From Candidatus Aminicenantes bacterium (lineage in GTDB: Bacteria > Acidobacteriota > Aminicenantia > UBA2199): a stretch of DNA of 64,000 bases. A program made the position numbers and the translations under genes. The DNA is taken from the NCBI GenBank assembly GCA_963764745.1, contig CAVXTN010000002.1:20589-84588 (forward strand), in the 5' to 3' direction. Within the stretch, counting starts at the first letter, position 1; every line of letters starts with the position of its first letter. The notes under the pieces are model-generated. The model was not told the origin of the DNA and did no database searches. It worked only from the letters and a program-made list of their open reading frames with translations. Below are positions 52,437 to 63,183 of this stretch, one piece after another.

Positions 52437-53100
52437 ATGATGCAAAAAAATCCCGTTAAAAGGTTCACTGTCGTGCTGTCGGTTCTGGCGCTGCTGGCCG
52501 TCTCCTCGCTGCTGGCGCAGATGGTCCAGTCCAACCGCAATTACGAGCGCAGCCTGGCCCACGTCCGCTTCCTGGCGGCCCACCTGGGCGACATGCACGG
52601 GCAGCTGCTGCAGTTGGACGAAGAGCAGCGGGCCAACGAAAAAAAATTCGCGCGCATCGACCTGCTGGAATACCAGAACGCCACCTTCCAGAAAAAATTC
52701 CCCGATTTCGCCAGGATCGTCGATGTCGCCTACAGGAGAAGCCGACTCTACGGTTTCCATCCCAACCTCGTGCTTTCGGTCATCCAGGTGGAGAGCGCCT
52801 TCAACCCCATGGCCGTTTCCTCGGCCGGGGCCTATCGGCCTGATGCAGGTCCGCTATGCGGTCTGGAAGGACGAGCTGAATATCGACCGCAGCCGGATCT
52901 TCGACATCGAATACAACATCGACCTGGGGCTGCGCATCCTGAAGCAGTACCATGAAGTGTCGGGCGGCAACATTCGCAGGACCCTCTTTTTATACAACAA
53001 CGGCTACAAATACAACAACAGCGGTTATCTCGCCATGGTGAACTCCTCGATCTACAACCAGGAGCCCCGTAATCCCGCTCCGGTCGGCGTCAGCCACTGA
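52437..53100 (+). CDS. Small membrane-anchored lytic transglycosylase (SLT domain), one frame break
   Basis: ORF 52437.. has a signal/anchor peptide and VLSVIQVESAFNPMAVSSAGA. After a break near 52835, ORF 52723..53100 continues with GLMQVRYAVWKDE ... LFLYNNGYKY. Confidence 0.8.
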
Positions 53101-53125
53101 AGCTTTCCCGGCGGATCTCCGCGCC

Positions 53126-53667
53126 CTACTTTCTCTTCTTGCCCTGCTTGAAAAGTTCCTGCAGCTGCCTGAAAAAATCCAGGTAGGTGGCGGTCTGAAA
53201 ATCGGGATAGGTCCAGGGCAGGAAATTGATGCGGCCGTCCTTCAGCACGTACTCGATGTGGGCATAGATGCCGTCGCGCAGCGGCACGCGGTGGTAGTGG
53301 TTCTTGGCCGTGGCGATGATGACGTTGGCGTCGGACAAATAGCCCGGGTCCAGGTTCACTCGGCGGCCGCCGCCCGCGGCCAGCTTCTCTTCCAGCTCGA
53401 TGGTGCGCATCTTGATCTCCGGCAGCCGCTCCGGCGCCAGCAATTCCCGGAAGGAGACGAACTGGCGGAACAGGGGCTCCCCCATTTCCGTCTGGTAATA
53501 GTCGGTGGCGGTGAAGGGCATGACGGCGGAGCGGCTGTCGATGGCGGGCGAGGAACTCCCGGCAGCATGTCCAGGGCCTCCGGCGGCGGCGCTGTTGTTG
53601 GCTGAAGATCAGCCCGCAAAAATACTTGACCTTTTTAAAATCGCCGCGCGTTGCGACACGTTCCTGC
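53126..53667 (-). CDS. DUF4416-family protein (frame-disrupted at the 5' end)
   Basis: ORF 53126..53521 has FTATDYYQTEMGEPL ... RRVNLDPGYLSDANVIIATAKNHYHRVPLRDGIYAHIEY ... LPWTYPDF, which is the DUF4416 pattern as I recall it. The N-terminus (KVKYFCGLIFS) lies in other frames. The start is uncertain. Confidence 0.65.
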
Positions 53668-53700
53668 CCCGCTTCGCCCCGCTAGCCGCCCGGGCGCCGC

Positions 53701-55971
53701 TCACTCGAACCAGTTCAGAACGTAGAAGCGGCCGTTGATGAAAGCGCGCGACCTTGCTCAGGTCCGGGGAAGGCTGGTGGAGCGCGCCGGTCAGGGAGAC
53801 CTGCGGGTTCGAGAAATTTCCCGCGTCATCCAGCTTCAGCAGCTCGCCGTTGTAGGTCGAAAAATAGACCCGCTCCGGATCGGAGCAGTCGATGATGGCG
53901 TTCAGGTCGCGGCGGGAATTGATCTTTTTGCGGCTATAGGGCGAAAGCTGGATGATCGTCGAGATAGGATTCGCTGAAGTAAAAATACTTGTTCCTTTCC
54001 GTCGAGCATGTAGACGGCCGATCATGTCCGGGGTCGCCCGGGCGGCGATGACGCCGTTGCCCAGTTTTTTATAAAGCAGCGACCTGTAATTGAAAAGGAA
54101 CAGGTTCCTTTCCTTGTCCTTGGTGCGGACCAGTATCTCATTTTTCTCGGGCTGGAAAGCCAGGATATCGAGTTCGGAATAACTATTTTTCCCCCAGGAA
54201 CATGGACTCGTCAAAACGGATCAGCTCGGTTGCTGTCCCGGTCGTACGCCCAGGCCTGGAAGGCGTTTTTCAGGTCCGAATAAATAGAGCAGGAAATGGC
54301 TGCCGTCGGCGCCGAAATAAATTTTCATTTCCTCGGAAGCCGTGATGTCGATGGCCTTGCCTTTTTCCAGAAGCTTGGCGATATCCGGGTTGTTCTGGCT
54401 GGCATCGGCCACCAGGAGATACTGGCGCAGGTACGGCAGCGGCACGCCCGCGCAGCGCATCCTGGTTCTTGATCTCGGCCCAGCGGTCGTTGGCGTAGGT
54501 GTAAGAAAAAATCGGGAAAGGATATTTGGGATAAACGCCCGTCTTCCTGCCGTAGGCCGATGACCGTGGAAAACGGCGAGGTGAAAGCCAGTTCGGCCAG
54601 CGCGCCGTCCGTGACATAGGCCGACGCTGCCGCTGTCGTTGAAGGCGGCAAGGATGGTCGGCATTTTCAGGGCATAGCCGACGACCGGTTTCAGCGCATA
54701 GGCGTCGCCCGCTGACGATCAGGGTGTAGATATAGACCTTTTCGTTTTCCGAGGCCGTGGTGGAAAAGACGATCTTGTCCTGCCGGGCGGAAGAGAACAT
54801 TTCCTGGATGGTTCCCTCGTATTCGAATGATTTCAACGTTTTCAGGGAACGCCGCGTCCAGCACCAGCAGCTTCTCTCTTTCGCCGCTCTGCAGGATTCC
54901 GGCCAGCAGGATGCGCCGGTTCCCCAGCCATTGAATTTTCTTGACTTCGAAAATGGGAAAAAACGGCCGGGTCGGAAAATTGAACTTGGCCGGGAATTCT
55001 TTTTGCAAGGCCGGCGGCTCCTGGCCGCTGAGGATGGCGCGGTTGATCCAGTTCTGGACATTGCCGTTCTTTTTGCATCTGGAACAGGCCCAGGAGCTTG
55101 TTGACGCCGGGATGCCACTGGTTCTGCGAAAAAACCTCGTAGAGATATTTTTCCGCGTCGCGGTCGTTGAGCTTGAGCAGGACCTCGGCATAGGTCAGGC
55201 TGTATTCAAGGTTGTAGTAATTGAATTTCAGTCTTGCCAGCAACGTTTTGGCCTTGCGCAATTCGCCGGTCTTGAGCAGGAACTGCCCTTTCAGCAACTG
55301 CGCTTCCCTGGCATCGGGCTTGCTGTTCAGCGCCTGGTCGATATAGACGGCCATTTCCCGGTAGTTTTCCAGGAGCCGGCAGGCCTTGGCGGCCATGAAC
55401 GCATAGTAATAGTTGGCGGGCGCGGACTCGGCCAGGGGGCGCATCAAGGTCGAAGGCTTTTTGACCCTGGCCGGTTTTCAGGATACAGGCTGGCCAGCAG
55501 GATATTGTATTCCGGTACGTCGCCGTACTTCAGGCTCTTGTTGAAATTGTCCTCGGCGGCCGGGAAATTGTCGCGCAGGAGGTATTCATTGCCCAGGCAC
55601 AGGTAGGCCGGCGCATAGCCGGGATTCATGCGCAGGATCTTGTTCAAATTGTCTATGGCCAGGGAGTTCTTCACGTCGGCGGTGGCCAGGCTGATCCCGG
55701 TGAGCGCTTCCAGCGAACGGTGATCGCTTTCCAGGTAGTCGCGGAATTTTTTCGTGGCTTCCCACTTGTCGTTCTGCAGCAGCAGGACAAAGCCGAGCTT
55801 GATGGTCGGCTGGGGATGGGCATTGAAATACGCATCCATATTTTTCCTGGCCAATTCCAGGTCGCCGACCAGGTAATAGGCGATGGCGCGGGAAAAATCG
55901 TCGTTTCTGGAGGCCGGAAAAACAGCCGCGCCCAGGAGCGCCAGGCACAAGAAGATCCCTGCTTTTTTCAT
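53701..55971 (-). CDS. Secreted TPR-repeat protein with a C-terminal beta-propeller-like region (heavily frame-disrupted; may be one or two genes)
   Basis: The signal peptide MKKAGIFLCLALLGAAVFPA and TPR-like helices are in ORFs 55444..55971 and 54842..55447. Beta-rich segments are in ORFs 54691.., 54270.., 54221.. and 53609..54214. The likely true C-terminus is FINGRFYVLNWFE with TGA 53703-53701. At least 5 breaks. Confidence 0.5.
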
Positions 55972-56051
55972 TTTTTACCTCGTCATTAATTATAACACAG
56001 GCCATTTTTTTTTGTCACCTCCAGCCCCGGGTTCAGGGAACGAACGAGCGC

Positions 56052-56079
56052 TTGCATTTCGGACGGATTCAAATATAAT
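56052..56079 (+). promoter_or_regulatory. Sigma70-like promoter candidate for the hybrid sensor kinase
   Basis: TTGCAT (56052-56057), 16 nt, TATAAT (56074-56079). The ATG lies 19 nt downstream and there is no clear Shine-Dalgarno sequence. Confidence 0.5.
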
Positions 56080-56098
56080 TTAGCCGGCGAAAAGCAAC

Positions 56099-58465
56099 AT
56101 GAAAAGAACGGTCTGGCTTCTTCTCTGGCTGGCGGCGGCCGCCTTGTGCGCCCGGGACGCTTCCCTGCGCCTGGGGATCTACGACAACCCGCCCATGACC
56201 TTTATGCTGCATGGCGCGCCGGCCGGGTTCATCGTCGACATCATCGGCGCCTTCGCCGCTGACCGGCAGATCCGCCTGGAATACGTCCAAGCCCCCTTTT
56301 ATGAGCTTTTCGAAAAATTGCGGCGCGGCGAGATCGACATCATCGCCCCCATCGCGTTCACCGAGGAACGGAGCAAATTCCTGTTGTACAATTCGGAATC
56401 GGTCCTGATCGACTGGTCCAGCATCATCGTCGGGGAAACGGCGAACTACAAGCTGCTGGGCGACCTCGGCGGCAAAAGCGTGGGCGTCGTCAGGAGCGAC
56501 TATTACGCCAAATTGTTCGAGAAGGACTTGCTTTTGCAGAACATCCATTGCCGCTTTCGCGAATACGACGCCTTTGTCGAAATCGTCAACGCCGTGGGCG
56601 CCAAAAAGATCGACGCCGGCTTCATCGGCCGCTTCAGCCTTTCCTATATCCTGACGAGCCACCAGGAGATCTCCCCCATCAAGGTGATGCCAGGCTCCTT
56701 TTATCATGAGCCGCTGTATTTCGGCGTCAATCCGCAAAAAGGCCATATCGTGGCCGCGCTCGACGCGTACCTGAGAGAAGCCAAGCGCGACAAGAAAAGC
56801 CTGCTGAGCAAGTCTTACGAACATTGGTTCGGGCAGACCTACTACCAGAAACGCCTGATCTTCCTTTCCGAGTATTACCTGTGGATCATGCTGGCCGTGG
56901 CGCTTGTCATCGCCATCTTCATTTTCTTCAATGTCCTGCTGCGCAGCAAGGTCAAGCGCAGCGTCCACGAGATCCAGAGGCAAAAATCGTACTTTGAAAA
57001 CCTTTTCAAGATCATTCCCGCCGGCATCGTCATCCTGGACGAGCAAAACCGCGTGCTGGACATGAACCAGGAGTTTCAGACCCTGTTCGGCTACTCCCTG
57101 GCCGAGATCAAGGGGCTGGAGCTGGTCAGCCTGATCAATACGCCGGAAACGCTTCCCGCAGCCCTGGCCTTCAGCCGGCAGGCCCTGCAGGGCGAACGGG
57201 TTTATTTCGACGGCCGGAGAAGGAACAAAGCGGGCCAGATACTGGATTTCCATGTCATCGTTTCGCCCATCGTGGTGGAGGGCAAGGTCCTGGGCATCAT
57301 CGGCATCTACCTGGACATCACCGAAAGAAAAAAAATGCAGGAAGAGATCATCAAGTCAAAGAACATCGAGTCGGTCGGGGTTCTGGCCGGAGGCATCGCC
57401 CACGATTTCAACAACATGCTGACCGGCATCGTGGGCAACATCTCGGTCGCCCGAAGAATGTCCACCGACGCGCAGACCCGCGGCATCCTGGAAAAGGCGG
57501 AAAAAGCGGCCTGGAAAGCCAGCGGCCTCACCCAGCAGCTGCTGACTTTTTCCAAGGGCGGCTTTCCGGTGAAGAAGGTGACCTACCTGCCCGACCTGGT
57601 CAGGGATGCATTGAACCTGGTCCTGTCCGGCAGCAACGTGCGCGCCGACCTGAAGATCGGCGAGCCCATACCCCCGTGCGAAATCGACGTCACCCAGATC
57701 GTCCAGGTGATCCACAACCTGCTCATCAATGCCCGCGAGGCCATGCCGGCCGGCGGGGTCATCGCGGTCGCCATCCAGAACCACCGCCAGGCCAAGAGCG
57801 ACAATTTCATGCAAAAAGGGAATTATGTTTCCCTGGCCATCAGCGACCAGGGACCGGGCATTCCCGAGGCGGACCAGCAGCGCATTTTTGTCCCCTATTT
57901 TACGACCAAGCAGACGGGCTCGGGGCTCGGGCTGGCCATCGCCTATTCCATCGTCAACAAGCACAACGGCTATATCAAGGTCACGTCCACCAGCGGCCGG
58001 GGAGCGACCTTCACCGTGTTCCTGCCCGCCTCGAAAAAAAACGTCAGCCGCAGCCAGAAGCCGCGGCCGCTGCCGGGAAAGCCCGCCAGGATCCTGCTCA
58101 TGGATGACGAGGAGATCATCCGCGACGTGTTCGTGGACATGCTGCGCGACACCTCCTACCGCATCGACCTGGCGGTCAACAGCGGCGAAGCCCTGGAAAA
58201 ATTCCTGGCCGCCCGCCAGGCCGGCGATCCTTACGACCTGCTATTCCTGGACCTGACCGGCCCGGGCGACATCGGCGGCATCCGCACCCTGGAAAAGATC
58301 CGCGCCATTGACCCGGATGCGGTGGCCATCGCCATCAGCGGCTACAGCGTCAGCGAGGTCTGCAACCATCCCGACCGTTTCCATTTCCATGATTTCCTGT
58401 CCAAGCCTTTCCGCTCCGACGACCTGCTGCACGCCATCGGCAAGAACCTGCAAACGACCACCTGA
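56099..58465 (+). CDS. Hybrid sensor histidine kinase/response regulator with a periplasmic solute-binding (SBP_bac_3-like) domain, PAS, HisKA, HATPase_c and REC
   Basis: Intact 788-aa ORF. It has a signal peptide and a type-3 SBP-like domain (LRLGIYDNPPMTF ... IDIIAPIAFTEER), a TM helix, a PAS domain (IVILDEQNRVLDMNQEFQTLFGY), the H-box AGGIAHDFNNMLTGIVG, G-boxes (DQGPGI, GSGLGLAI) and a REC domain (ILLMDDEE ... LLFLDLTGPG ... SKPF). Confidence 0.9.
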   Translation: MKRTVWLLLWLAAAALCARDASLRLGIYDNPPMTFMLHGAPAGFIVDIIGAFAADRQIRLEYVQAPFYELFEKLRRGEIDIIAPIAFTEERSKFLLYNSESVLIDWSSIIVGETANYKLLGDLGGKSVGVVRSDYYAKLFEKDLLLQNIHCRFREYDAFVEIVNAVGAKKIDAGFIGRFSLSYILTSHQEISPIKVMPGSFYHEPLYFGVNPQKGHIVAALDAYLREAKRDKKSLLSKSYEHWFGQTYYQKRLIFLSEYYLWIMLAVALVIAIFIFFNVLLRSKVKRSVHEIQRQKSYFENLFKIIPAGIVILDEQNRVLDMNQEFQTLFGYSLAEIKGLELVSLINTPETLPAALAFSRQALQGERVYFDGRRRNKAGQILDFHVIVSPIVVEGKVLGIIGIYLDITERKKMQEEIIKSKNIESVGVLAGGIAHDFNNMLTGIVGNISVARRMSTDAQTRGILEKAEKAAWKASGLTQQLLTFSKGGFPVKKVTYLPDLVRDALNLVLSGSNVRADLKIGEPIPPCEIDVTQIVQVIHNLLINAREAMPAGGVIAVAIQNHRQAKSDNFMQKGNYVSLAISDQGPGIPEADQQRIFVPYFTTKQTGSGLGLAIAYSIVNKHNGYIKVTSTSGRGATFTVFLPASKKNVSRSQKPRPLPGKPARILLMDDEEIIRDVFVDMLRDTSYRIDLAVNSGEALEKFLAARQAGDPYDLLFLDLTGPGDIGGIRTLEKIRAIDPDAVAIAISGYSVSEVCNHPDRFHFHDFLSKPFRSDDLLHAIGKNLQTTT

Positions 58466-58479
58466 GCGGGATCCCGCGC

Positions 58480-59325
58480 CTACAGCCCCCAGTTCAGCTT
58501 TTCGTTCAACAGCTTGTAGTAGTTGATCCCCGGGGCGACCAGCATGGTCAGCATCTTGGGGTATATCTTCAGGTTCAGAACGTCTTCGAAACGGAAAGGC
58601 AGGGCGGTCTGGCCGTCGATGGTCACGACCGTGTCCATGTGCGGCGTCAGCAACTGCACGGAGATCAAGGCATCGTCCGGGATCACCAGGGGGCGGAAGG
58701 TCAGGGAATGCGGACAAATTGGGGTGATAACCATGCCATTCACCTCCGGACTGACGATCGGCCCGCCGGCCGAAATGGAATAGGCGGTGGATCCGGTCGG
58801 GCTCGACAGGATGATGCCGTCCCCCTTGACCTCGGCCACTATGGCGCCGTTGATCTTGATCAGGAGCTTTACGATGCGGGCAATGGTCCCCTTGTTGATG
58901 ACCACGTCGTTCAGGGCGGTAAACATCCGGCCGTGGCAATCGATCTGCAGCAGCTTGCGCCGCGAACTCTCGGCCTTGCCGGCGAGAATATCGCGCAGTC
59001 CTTCGGCAAGCGCTTCCTTTTTCATGGCGGTCAGGAATCCCAGCGTGCCCAGGTTGAATCCCGCCACCGGGACCTGGGCATCCACCGCCTGGCGGGCGAT
59101 GGAAAGGAACGTGCCGTCCCCGCCCAGGACGATGATCAGGTCGGCCTGGCGGGCAACGTCCTCCCGGGCGCAAAAGTCGGGGATCTGCAGCAACTGGGCG
59201 GCGGTTTTTTCCAGGATGTGGCCGACGCCGTGCTCGTTCAGCACGGAGATGGCCTGGTGCAGGTAATGGACCACGTCCTGGTGGGGCTTGGCCACGATCG
59301 CGGCTGTTTTAAATTTCCTGGGCAT
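58480..59325 (-). CDS. nadK: NAD+ kinase
   Basis: Intact 281-aa ORF with GGDGTFL, NLGTLGFL and SSPTGSTAYSISAGGPIV motifs. Confidence 0.93.
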   Translation of the reverse strand: MPRKFKTAAIVAKPHQDVVHYLHQAISVLNEHGVGHILEKTAAQLLQIPDFCAREDVARQADLIIVLGGDGTFLSIARQAVDAQVPVAGFNLGTLGFLTAMKKEALAEGLRDILAGKAESSRRKLLQIDCHGRMFTALNDVVINKGTIARIVKLLIKINGAIVAEVKGDGIILSSPTGSTAYSISAGGPIVSPEVNGMVITPICPHSLTFRPLVIPDDALISVQLLTPHMDTVVTIDGQTALPFRFEDVLNLKIYPKMLTMLVAPGINYYKLLNEKLNWGL

Positions 59326-60088
59326 CGCTGATCATTTTATCATCAATGGAGTTTTTTTTCCCGCTTTGCAGCAGGAAAAAATATTCCTGGTTGCCTTTTT
59401 TGCCCTTGATGCCGGCCGGACAGCAACCCAGGACGGCAAAATCCAGTTCCTCAACGCGCCGCTTGAGGCGCAGCAGGATGCCCAGGCGCTCTTGGCGATC
59501 ACGGACCACCCCCCCCTTGCCCACCCGCCCGCGCTCGGCCTCGAACTGGGGCTTGACCAGGGCCAGGACCCTGGCGCGCGGGAAGCCCGCCAGCGCGGGC
59601 AGGACGGCGGTGATGGAGATGAAGGAGAGGTCCATGACCACGAGGTCGGGTTCGAAGGGGACGTCCTCCCTTTTAAGAAAGCGGGCGTTCTTGCGCAGCA
59701 GGCGCAAGCGCGGGTCGCGGCTCAACGCGGCGTCGACCTGGGAGATGGTGACATCCACGCCCAGGACCGCCGCGGCGCCGTTCTGCAGGAAATAATCGCT
59801 GAAGCCTCCGGTGGAGATGCCAATGTCGAGGACGTTAAGCCCGGGCAGGGGGATGGCGAATTCCCGGACGGCCCTTTCGATCTTGAAAGCGCCGCGGGAA
59901 ACGAATGGGCGCTTGGCGCGCAGGGTAATGGGGTCGGAGGCGGACACCAGGCGGTCGGACTTGTCGGCCTTCTGGCCGTCGAGGAACACGTCGCCGGCCA
60001 TGACCATGGCCTGGGCTTTCTTCAGGTCGGGGGCCAGCCCGCGCAGGAGCAGGGCCTGGTCGAGCCTGTTTTTCTTCTGTTCTTTCAT
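59309..60088 (-). CDS. tlyA: TlyA-family rRNA 2'-O-methyltransferase (S4 + FtsJ-like domains)
   Basis: ORF 59309..60178 with probable start MKEQKKNRLDQALLLRGL at 60088. It has SRGAFKIE and the SAM-binding VLDIGISTGGFSDYFLQNGA. It overlaps nadK by 17 nt. Confidence 0.88.
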   Translation of the reverse strand: MKEQKKNRLDQALLLRGLAPDLKKAQAMVMAGDVFLDGQKADKSDRLVSASDPITLRAKRPFVSRGAFKIERAVREFAIPLPGLNVLDIGISTGGFSDYFLQNGAAAVLGVDVTISQVDAALSRDPRLRLLRKNARFLKREDVPFEPDLVVMDLSFISITAVLPALAGFPRARVLALVKPQFEAERGRVGKGGVVRDRQERLGILLRLKRRVEELDFAVLGCCPAGIKGKKGNQEYFFLLQSGKKNSIDDKMISDAQEI

Positions 60089-60282
60089 CCTGTTTCCAGG
60101 AACGATCCCCGCGAACGCGGCAAGCCGGTCGCCGATCCGCCCTGAACCCGCATCATAGCCAAAATCCAAAAGATTCACAAGCGGCGCAACGGCCGCAGCG
60201 GCGAACTTGACTGCCCGGAGCGGCCGTTATACCATCTGGCCAAGGCCCGCGCCCCGACCGCGGCGGGTCACCTGGAGGATGC

Positions 60283-62615
60283 ATGCGCTGGAAAACGATT
60301 TTGGCCGTTCTGCTTTTTTCGAGCCAGGGGGTCTTCGCCGCCCTAAAGGTCACGAAGGTCGATCTGCTGGCGCCCATCGGCCTGCAGGTCAATGCCGCCG
60401 GTCCGCTGCTTATCCGGATAGACGCCGGGCGCAACCGCCTGGTCATGGCCAACACGCTGACCTCCTCCGTTTCCGTCATCGACTGCCAAAGCCGTGCCGT
60501 GCGCAATATCCCGGTGCGCACCCGCGTCCCGCAGTATTTGAAGGCGGAAGCGCTGGCCGTCGATTCCCGGACCGGCAACGCCTATGTCATCGGCGACAGG
60601 ACCCTGGAGGTGGTTTTCCCGCAAAGCGGCGAATCGCGCTCCTTCCCCACCAAAAAACAGTTCGAGATGGTGGCCGTGGACGAAAGCAGCGGCAACGCTT
60701 TCCTGGTCGGCAGGGAAAGCCGGGAAATGGCCTTCGTCGACCTGAAAAAAAACCGGGTGCGCTACATCCCCTGGTGCGAAAAAGAAGAGGTCGTCCTGAA
60801 CCTGAACCAGACGCCGCCGCCGCCCATCCGCAAGGTCGTTTGCGACAACGGCTCGCGCACCATCCTGGCCGTGGACGGCTACACGTCCACCCTGCACACG
60901 TTCGCCGCCTCCGACGGCAAGAGGCTTGCGGAACGCAAACTCGACCTGGTTTCGGGCGCCCGCTGGCATTTCGCCGCCTACAGCCAGGCGCGGCACGCCT
61001 TGCTCCTGGTGGTGGAAACGGCCGAGCGCAAGGTGGTCCAGGCGGCGAAAATTTCCGCCGCCGGGCCAGCCGACGTGATCGTCAGCCTGCCCGGGCTACA
61101 CGGAAGGCGTCGGGGTGAGCTACAACGAAAAAAGGGATGAGCTTTACATTCCCTACGACAACCATGCCAGCCTGCACATCGTCGATTTCACGGACAAGGG
61201 GCGGGTCAGCGAAGTTTTGCTCCCCGCCTACGGCAACGACGCCTCGGCCCTGGATGCGGAGCACGACCTGCTTTACGTTTCCAGCTGGGCGTATGGGGAG
61301 ATCGACCAGGTCGACCTGCGCGCGCGGCGGCTGCGCCGGCGCTTTTTTCAGGCCTCCGTCCTGCCGCACATGTTCCAGATGGCTTTCAATCCCGGCGACG
61401 GCAGGCTTTACCTGCCCCTGGGCGCCACGGCGGTCAACGGTTCGTTCGGAGCGGCCGTCAGCGTTCTGGATCCGGGCAACGGCGAATTTTACAAGGTGCG
61501 CAGCGGCTGGGCGCCCCAGGAACTGCTGCAGCAGCCGGGCAGCGACGACTTCCTGATTTTCAACAACGAAGACCAATTCGCCCGCGTGAAAGCCGATGGC
61601 AGCTTCACGGTCCGCTCCCTGCCCGTGCTGTATCCCCACCAGGCCCTGGCCACTCCAGCGGGCAACGTCTATCTCTCCTACGGGCCCCATCAAAGTTATT
61701 GGCCGGTGGTATATATCTGGGCTGCCCGCAACGGCATAATCGGGCTCAATGGCCCGGACCAGGAATTCTATGACCGCCGCATCCCCAGGCTGGCCCAGGG
61801 CATGGCGGTGACGCCCGGCGGGTGCGCTCTATGCCCTGCAGAACAACTGGGGCGACGAAAAGCAATTCCTGGTCTCCCTGGGCGACGAGATCCGCTGCCC
61901 CAACCAGGGCGACATGCGCCTGGAATTGCCGGACACGGTCTCGCGCGAGACCAGCCAGCGCCTGCTCGCCTACGATGATGACAGCCACTGGCTTTGCCTG
62001 GCCCGCGTCGGCGAAAAGGACGGAGACAACGGCATGCTGCAGGTCGTGGACCCGGCGACGGCAAAGGTCCTGAAGCGCCTGGAGATCGGGGCCACGCCGA
62101 CCGCGCTGGCCGTGGACCGGGAGAACATCTATGCCCTGAGCTTCGACGCCGACCGGCTGACGGTCATCCGCAAGGCCGATTTCGCGAGCCGCGATGTCGC
62201 CTGCGGCAGGAATCCGCTAAAACTGGCCCTGGCCGGGGGAATTCCCTATGTCATCAACCACGGCGACAATACCCTGTCCGAACTCGGCCCGCGACCTCGC
62301 CTGCACAGGATCCCCTTTCCCGGGAAACCCGACCAGATCATCGCCTGGGAGAATACACTGCTGATCACCTGCCACAGCGCGGACGAATTGCTGGTCCTGG
62401 CCTTTGACCCCGTGACCGCGAAGTTTTCGCTGCTGCACCGTGAAAAATATCCCTATGGGGAAACCTCGTTTGCCGGAAACAACAGTTCTTTTTTTGTGCG
62501 CGGCCAGTTCGGGGACTGCCTTTACGACCTGTGCAAGATCAGGACCGATGCCGCCAAGCGCATCTGGGTCAGCGATTTTCTTTCCGGCAAGCTTTTCATC
62601 ATCGAGGGGCGGTAG
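60283..62615 (+). CDS. Secreted beta-propeller repeat protein (YVTN/NHL-like), ~777 aa, two frame breaks
   Basis: ORFs 60283.., 61115.. and 61914..62615 join into one protein. It starts with signal peptide MRWKTILAVLLFSSQGVFA, then has repeated strand motifs of the '...G..P..LAVD...N.lYv.n...d.lsVID' type (e.g. NRLVMANTLTSSVSVID, ATPTALAVDRENIYALSFDADRLTVI). Function unknown. Confidence 0.6.
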
Positions 62616-62618
62616 GCG

Positions 62619-63035
62619 TTACTTCATTTGATAGATCGAAGAGTGCTGCTTGTCTTCGCCTTGCTGGCGGCGGTGGCCGACCAGCAGGCTGACGGCGCCG
62701 ATGACCAGGGCCACGGCCAGCCAATGGGCGATAAAAACCGACATGTATTTTTCGGAGTAAGAATGAATCCATTCCAGGAGTCCCCAGGCGATAAAGACCA
62801 GTCCCCAGACCCAGATCTTGAAAAAGATCACCCAGCAGTCGATTTTCAGCCAATAAAATGCCAGCCGGTCGGCCAGAAACAGGCAGATGCCGAAGGTGGA
62901 CAGGACAATGCCGATATTGTCCGCTCCAGCGAGGTTCACCGGCGCGATGGCGACATACCAGCCGCCGATAATGGCCCACAGCCCCATGGCCGCCAGCGCC
63001 ACCGGAATTGATTGCAAGGTGAACCTGAAGCGCAT
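62619..63035 (-). CDS. Hypothetical small membrane protein (about 4 TM helices)
   Basis: Intact 138-aa ORF, Trp-rich and hydrophobic (FFKIWVWGLVFIAWGLLEWI). It is convergent with the propeller gene with a 3-nt gap. I recognised no homolog. Confidence 0.55.
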   Translation of the reverse strand: MRFRFTLQSIPVALAAMGLWAIIGGWYVAIAPVNLAGADNIGIVLSTFGICLFLADRLAFYWLKIDCWVIFFKIWVWGLVFIAWGLLEWIHSYSEKYMSVFIAHWLAVALVIGAVSLLVGHRRQQGEDKQHSSIYQMK

Positions 63036-63183
63036 TTTACTTTTCTAGGGTCCGTGTAAAAAAAATCCCTACTCTCCTGCATACTAAAATAATGCAGATT
63101 CCGGCTTTTTGCAATCAGGAAAATCCTGATTGCCGTGTCGCGGGCGATCTCCGCCATTTGGCGAGCGCCCCGCCCCGCGGAAG

